Source: the human T2T-CHM13v2.0 reference genome, Homo sapiens | Assembly (NCBI RefSeq): GCF_009914755.1 | Contig: NC_060934.1 | Strand: one strand, 5' to 3' | Length of the DNA: 64,000 nucleotides | Shown: positions 56,051 through 64,000 of the stretch, piece by piece | How the letters are laid out: each line of letters begins with the position of its first letter | Numbering within the stretch: position 1 is the stretch's first letter | Position numbers and translations under genes: made by a program | Notes under the pieces: model-generated | Databases searched by the model: none | Told to the model about the DNA's origin: nothing | Seen by the model: the letters and a program-made list of their open reading frames with translations, nothing else

Positions 56051-57209
56051 CAGATTTATATTGTGGATAAATGTAAGGATGAGTAAAGACTTTTCTTCAT
56101 AGGGAAAGAAAATCCCTCCAAATGATAGATGAATAGAACAAACAAGCAAAACAAAACAACAAATGAAAACATTCTCATTTTTTTCTCACAGGTGCCATGT
56201 TTATTTTTCTCTGATGATTACTTAAAGGAATTGTAGAAACCATTATTGGTGGAAACTGAATACATTTTTCTCATTGATCAGGTAGCAAAATGGTACTCAC
56301 TAGGGTTTAGAGAATGTCCTTTTCATTTTAACACGAGTGACTATCAGGACTGGTAAGAAAATGGACAGCCCATTTAGTCCAGATAGTTACTCCATAAGCG
56401 CCAGCTCCATGGCTGCCGACAGACTAGGAAAGAGCCTGTGCCACTCTGAACCTTACTTGGCTCAATCTTGGGCATTGATCATATATTGCAGTGGAGCTTT
56501 GCTGCTGGAACTCATTAAGAAGGAACCACTAAGAAGGAGCTAATCTGCCTTTTCCTGAACTGATCCCATCACCATCACTGCCTCTTTCCATTTGCCCCCA
56601 AACTTGTACTTTCGTTTTTGCTGTCTCCCTACTTGTTTTCAAAGCCAGTGCCTAAATTTCCATTTCTCTACTTCTCCCCCATTTGTTTTAACAGGAAGAA
56701 ACCACTTAAAAATTGGAGAAAGGATGTAAGATTTTTCCAGGAGAGACCATAGAATAGGCAGTAGTGTTCAAACTTAAAAGTGGACCACTTTTTTTTTTTA
56801 AAGGGGAGAAAAAGCTTTCCAAATCTCAGAGAAAATATTTTATATCCTAAAATAAGAATCATTGATTGGTAGGGAAAATTTAGGGACATAAGATTCTTCT
56901 AGTTAAAATTATGGCTTTGCTCATTATTGAGGTACAGCTTTGGGAGGGTGACGTAGCTTCCTTGAGCCTCAAACTCCTGGTTTGTAAAATGAGGATATAG
57001 TAAGGACTGTCTGAGAGGATGGTTGTGGTGACCAAATGTGTTAGCATGTGAAGAGGGTATGAGTTGCTAGACAAGCAGCAATTTTCTTTTCCCCTCTTTC
57101 CTTACATGCTTTCTCCTTAGTGAAAGACAGTAATTTACCTAAGAATAAATTTGATTAACTTCAAACTCTGCATTCCATCCTAGAATTCTCCAGAACTTCT
57201 AAATGATTT

Positions 57210-57540
57210 TTTTTAATTTGCACATATTAAGGTTCATTTTTTGTGTAGTAAAGTTCTGTGGGTTTTGAAAATTGCATAATGTTATTTATTCACAGTTATA
57301 GTGTCACAGAATAGTTCCACTGTTCTATTCAGCTCTTCCTCTGTTTCTTCAGAACCCCTTGCAATCAGTTTTTGATGACAGTGAAATAAGCTACTATAAA
57401 CATTTGTGTGCAGGTTTTTGTGAGGACATCAGCTTTCAACTCACGATTGAAATACCTAACAGTATGATTTTTCAAACACATCGCAAGACTGTGTAGAGCT
57501 TTTTAAGAAACTGGCATTCTTCCAAATGGCTGTCTTATCT
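57210..57540 (-). mobile_element. Old L1M 3'-region fragment
   Basis: AAAGTTCTGTGGGTTTTG...CTACTATAAACATTTGTGTGCAGGTTTTTGTG...TAAGAAACTG. Confidence 0.6.
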
Positions 57541-57602
57541 AGTGGACCCCCCAAGGAGTATATGATTCCATAGGAGTGTGAGTCTTTGAATGACTTTGGC
57601 TG

Positions 57603-58130
57603 TGTGGCAGACAGACTCTAAGGTATATCACAATAGTACACAACTCTGGTATTTATGTCCTCGTGTAATTTCTTCCCCTTGAGTAATCATGGATCTGTGA
57701 CTTGCTTCTACTCTCACCAACAGAATATAACAAAGCGATGGGATGTCACTTCCATAATTACTTCATGTTATATACATCTGCGTCTTGCTAGCAGACTTGC
57801 TCTGGAGGATCTCCTTGCAGGATTAATGAAGTAAGTGACCATATAATTAAAACTCACATGGGAAGGAATGGGGATCGGTCTACAAGAATTTCAGGTGGCC
57901 TTTTGGAGCTAAGGACAGCCTCTAGCTGACAGCCAACAAGAAGCAAGGTCCTCAGTTCTACAACTGTGGGAAGATAATTCTGCTGACAATCTGAGCTTGG
58001 AAGTAGATGCCTCTCTGGTTGATCCTCTGTGTGATAACCTAGCCCTGGTCAACACTTTGATTGCAGCCTGTTAAGACAACTACACAGAGGAAATAATTAT
58101 GCCCATATGCCTGGCCCAAGGAAACTGAAG
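57603..58130 (+). mobile_element. MLT1G-like MaLR LTR
   Basis: Start TGTGGCAGACAGACTCTAAGGT; CTGTGACTTGCTTCT; CCTCTAGCTGACAGCCAACAAGAAG. Confidence 0.7.
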
Positions 58131-58223
58131 TTCAATTTTCATTGTCATCTGTCTTAACATCTTAGTGGTTTACTCATTAATTAGTGAGTTAAGTAAAATA
58201 TTTGACACTTGTTAATTTGATGT

Positions 58224-58585
58224 TGTATTAGTTAGAATTCTCCAAAGGAACAGAACTGATAAGATGTGTATAAATATGGAGGGAGGTTTATTATAAGGGA
58301 TTGGCTCCTACAACTATCAAGCCTGGAGAGTTGAAAATCTGCAGTGTGGGCCAGCAGCCAGAGACCCAGGAGAGCCAAAGGTGCAGTTCCTATCTGAAGG
58401 TAGTTTGCTGGATAATTCCCTCTTGCTCAGAGAGGCCAGTCTTTTTATTCTACTTAGGCCTCCAACAGATTGAATGAGGGCTGCCCACATTTTGGAAGAG
58501 AACCTACTTACTGAAATTCACGAATTTAAGTGTTAATCTCATTCCAAAACACTCTCCAAGTTGACACATAAAATTAACCGTGACA
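58224..58585 (-). mobile_element. MLT2D-like ERVL LTR
   Basis: TGTATTAGTTAGAATTCTCC...TTGACACATAAAATTAACCGTGACA; TSD GATGT/GATAT. Confidence 0.75.
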
Positions 58586-58669
58586 GATATTTATATGAGA
58601 CTGAAGATTTTTTTAATAAATTATCTTTTAACAGAAGGGTAAGAAGTGTTAGCAGCCGTGTTGAAGTGT

Positions 58670-58980
58670 TGCCATTTCAGAAAACTTCACTGAGATATAA
58701 GTGAGAGGACAAGCCCTGTGGGAAATCAGAACATTCCAGGAAGAAGTGCAGGGGCCTGGTGTAAGAGTGCACTTCTCTAAAAGACAGGCAGGAGGCTAGT
58801 GTGGCTGGCACAGTGAGAGCACAGGACAGAGGAACAGGGATGGAGGTTGGAGCTGTAACAGAGCGACAGATCATAGGCCACTGAAAAGATGAAGGATGTA
58901 GGGTTGTAATAGAGTGAAATGGTGAGCCATTTCATGGTATGAACAGAGAAATAATGAGTTAATTTTGCAATATGTTTTTT
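58670..58980 (-). mobile_element. L2 fragment
   Basis: AGAACATTCCAGG...GGAGGCTAGTGTGGCTGG...CAGATCATAGGCCACTG...TGGTGAGCCATT, typical of antisense L2. Confidence 0.65.
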
Positions 58981-60393
58981 TGATATAATTTCAATTAAAA
59001 TAGGCCTTAATGGCAAAAAGTCAGGTACTATTTCAGGAATGTCTAAGATGCCATTTGAACTGCAGTTCAAAGTATTTAAGTAAATTATCGAAGATCACAA
59101 AGGTAGTAAGTGAAGGAGACAGGTCTGTTTCTCTTTTCCCTATGATATGCTGTCATCCCAGTCACTCTCAGCAGGAATCATCAAATTAGTCTAGGTAGCA
59201 AAAGACCAAACTTCTCTTTTCTTTTCGGTGAGCTCAGGACTAGGATTTGTATGCAGTGATGAAAGCCACTTCTGCCTCCTACTAATGCTCTTTGGCTTAA
59301 AAATGTCAGCTTGTTCATTTTCCCAGATTTCAATCTACTCAGTGATATAACGAAACAGGTTTTTTCCCCCTTTCCTTCAGTCAAGAGGATAAGAAATATT
59401 TCTCTGGATAATGCTATTACAATATTCAACAGCAGCTCTCTGGAGAGAAAGGATAATTCAAAATCTTAAATAAGATATTCAATTTGAGATTAGTTAAGTG
59501 GTTGTTTGGCTGAAAGGGATTTGACAAACAAGAAGCACTTCTCTATCTTCAGGTAAAGGAAATATTCAGTTGGATTTAATTAGCAGTGGGATTTTTAAAA
59601 ATGAGGATTCTAAGACCAAGTGCAAAATACGGCTCTGTGATTCCCAAGTATATTTTCTCAGAGATCGTAGTTAATATACAGACTGTAGTCATGCATTTTA
59701 TTAACAGTTATGGTCTTGATCAATTCATTTTAAAATCACACAGCTTTCAAGTCTGGTAATTTTAGGCTTGGAAGAACATACATCATGAATAAATGTTGGC
59801 ACTGAGTTTCTTTAGAACTCCCCGGTAAGCATATTCAGCCCTGGCATGGCAGAAATACTTGCAGGTTAAAGTGAGCCCTTGTCTTTGGATTGTCTTTGTG
59901 AGGATTTCTTCATGGGGTCTGATGGCTCAAAAACAAGGATACCATTGATCAAAATCTAAATGATGATGAAAATTACACAAGTTCTAACAGTGGGAGATAG
60001 TGAGTAGCTAGTTTTGCACTGTGAATATTTTACATGTTCTAAGTGTGGGAAGACCTAGGCCACTTCCTCATTTGTCCTTTTGTCCCCCACTATTCTTATC
60101 CCTGGTGTGGAAGAAGGCTTTAAGTATGACATATCAAAATTCTACTCTGAGAGACAGTGGGTATTAGAAAGTAAGAGGCTTGCTTGTTTTTGCAATACTT
60201 CATCCATGAAGAATGTGAGCATTTAATGCAAAAGATTCATAATGGAAAAATGTAGCTGCTGTGAGGTAAAGTCATCCCCAAGGAAAAAGTGACAGAAAGG
60301 AAGGGAGAGACAAAAGAAGGGAAATGTGAACTCTGGATGGCTATGTGAACCCCAGGTGTCCCTGTAACATTGATGGGGGAGGCAAGAGGGTAA

Positions 60394-60862
<469 letters not shown>

Positions 60863-60893
60863 TGAACATATGCATTTATCTTTCAATTCTTCC

Positions 60894-61106
60894 AGTGATG
60901 TACTGTAGCCAGCTCATAACGGCTTGTGAGAACTGATGGCTAAGTTTTTCTGGAACTTGTGAGGCAGTTATTAACCATGGGTAGCTTGAAATTGGCCATG
61001 GTAGAAATATTTACACACTGGAATCCAGCAAATGGTACACATCAGGGTTTCCACCCACTCACCCACATGGAGAGCCAGCTGTTAAACCTTTCTCAGCACA
61101 CTACTG
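60894..61106. mobile_element. MER63-like (hAT-Blackjack) MITE
   Basis: Terminal inverted repeats CAGTGATGTACTG...CAGCACACTACTG; internal GAGAGCCAGCTGTTAAAC. Confidence 0.65.
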
Positions 61107-61959
61107 AGGTTTTCCTCTCACTGCTCAACTCCATGCCATGTGTTTTTCTTCACTTCCCATCCTGCTTATAACCTTCTCCTAGATACCACAGACAGCACAA
61201 TCTCTGAACACACTTGTCCCCACACAGTCCAGCTCCTTCCTGACCTCTCACAACATTCGGCACTGCAAACTGACCTCATCTTCCCTTTCCTCCTGCTATC
61301 ATGTCCCGTGCAATTCTGAACTCTTTTCTTGATTCCTTTCAAAAATTCTGGTTTTTTCCTCCTTCTTGCAAATGTATCCATTTTTCAAGAGGCTAAACTG
61401 AACCGTCTTCCTTCCTTCCCCTTTGGCCAAGCCATTCCTTGCCGAGTTTATATTATTGCTTATTTATATTATTGCTCATCCCCTATTTTTCATGGTTCAG
61501 TTCCAGGTTAGTATTTCAACAGCCTGCTAGATGTTTGCACATGGGAGGGCCACTGATATTACAAAGTCAATCTTTGCAGAAGCAAACACATTATCTCTCT
61601 GTGTCTCCTCAACATGTCCTCTAACTTCTTTATTCTTGCCAACGACGCCATCATCTGACCAGTCCCATATACCCTATCTGATGACGACAGATAGTTTAAA
61701 AATAAGAAAATTTTGAATAGTTCTTAACATCTAATTTACTGAAAGTCTTGCTAAAAATAACCCTCATAATTTATCCTCATAAATGTTTCTCCTGACGTTC
61801 CTCTTCTTCAACACACTGCCTTAGCTGAGGTCTCCTTGTTTGGCCTCTTTACCATTGCACCAGACTTCTGATTTGTTTTCCTGCCCCAAATATCCTCTGG
61901 AATGGGAGGCACCAGATGTAAGGTAAAAATCCCTAAGACATTCCAATGATAAACCATCT

Positions 61960-62801
<842 letters not shown>

Positions 62802-63249
62802 CCATCCATCTTACACTCTGCTCCAAAGTAAACTTTAAAAGCAGAGTTCTGAGCATACCATTTCACTGCTAAAAACTTCTAAAGGCTTTGGAATTGAATT
62901 TTCGTCTCTTGATAAAGACCTATCTTTTCAGTCTGTTAGTTAAGGCCTTCCATGATCTATCACCAACCCATCTCTTTAGCTTTATATCCCAAAATACTCT
63001 CTATTGCCATTGCTGTTTCAGCCAATCTGGAAGATGATCTATTCTCTGTTTAATATGCTCTTTCCTATCTTAATCCTGTTCCCAAAAGAAATGTAGTAAA
63101 GTTTTTCATGATGATCAGAGAGGCTTTTAGCTTCATCATTATTTGAAAACTTTTTCCTTAAGGAAATACAGACATGAATGCTTCTCTTAAGTACAGCAGA
63201 AGGATAGAGACTTAGAATGAAAGATGAAGAGAAGAATATGTTTTGGGTC

Positions 63250-63541
63250 AGCTGGGTGCGGTGGCTCACGCCTATAATCCCAGCACTTTGGGGGGCTGAG
63301 GCGGGCGGATCACTTGAGGTCAGGAGTTTGGGACCAGGCTGGCCAACATGGCGAAACCCCGTCTTTACTAAAAATACAAAAAATTAGCCGGGCGTGGTGG
63401 TGCGTACCTGTAATCCCAGCTACTCAGGAGGCTGAGGCAGGAGAATCGCTTGAACCCAGGAGGCGGATGATGCTGTGAGCCGAGATCGCGTGCCCCTGCT
63501 CTCCAGCCTTGGCGGCAGAGTGAGACTCCATCTCAGAAACA
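63250..63541 (+). mobile_element. AluS (Sz/Sx-like) with a very short A-tail
   Basis: Full dimer; ~18-bp TSD AAGAATATGTTTTG(G/C)GTC at 63232 and 63542. Confidence 0.95.
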
Positions 63542-64000
63542 AAGAATATGTTTTGCGTCATCTGGTATTTCTGCAGATGAGGACACTGGAACAACTATTT
63601 TGGTTGGTCAGGAGCGTGACTCCGTCCTCTTTTCTGCTCCATCTCTCTATTGACTTTGGGCCCACTTCTTCCAGAGCTGCTATTTCTGAACTGTGTCAGG
63701 GTGTCCACCACTCTGGCTCTGCTTGACCAGGATGTATATGAAACCTCCCTGATATTAAAAAATTGTGCTCGATTTCATTCGTCACCTGGCTAGAGAAATT
63801 TATCTCTAATCCTTTTCTTTCTTTTCTTTTATCCGTTATATGTTTAAGTGCTGTTCTTCATGCTTTTACTTTGAGGAAAGTGTGCTTATGCAAAAACAGT
63901 TAACATTTTAAATTTTACTAAAAAAACAAAATTCTATCTCAGTCCTTAGGCACTAGTAGCTGCTTTAGCAAAGGCAGAATTTTGATTTCTCCTGCCTGGT

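Overview
Primate, most likely human or great ape, AT-rich non-coding genomic DNA (intergenic or deep intronic). I find no credible protein-coding gene, tRNA, rRNA or CRISPR array. Almost all listed ORFs come from Alus, LTRs or microsatellites. The window holds about 16 Alu/FLAM elements, MIR, L2 and L1 fragments, and DNA-transposon relics (MER58A, MER5B, MER102, MER63). It also holds several LTRs (LTR8, MER50, MER67-like, LTR33, LTR22, MLT1, MLT2), one complete MST MaLR provirus, a twin-primed L1PB stub, and an RPL23A processed pseudogene split by an MLT2A2 LTR. The signal that repeat annotation does not explain is a set of local templated duplications of unique sequence. (i) A 228-bp inverted repeat, about 97% identical (18107-18334 vs 21289-21516), encloses about 2.95 kb and is a candidate substrate for a polymorphic micro-inversion. 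(ii) A multi-jump duplication/insertion at 37664-38044 copies about 130 bp from 39677-39808. (iii) An 81-bp segment is present at both 55058 and 56297. These fit known template-switch repair (FoSTeS/MMBIR/Pol theta). I do not see evidence for a new biological system. Repeat family names are from recalled consensus sequences, and alignments were done by eye.
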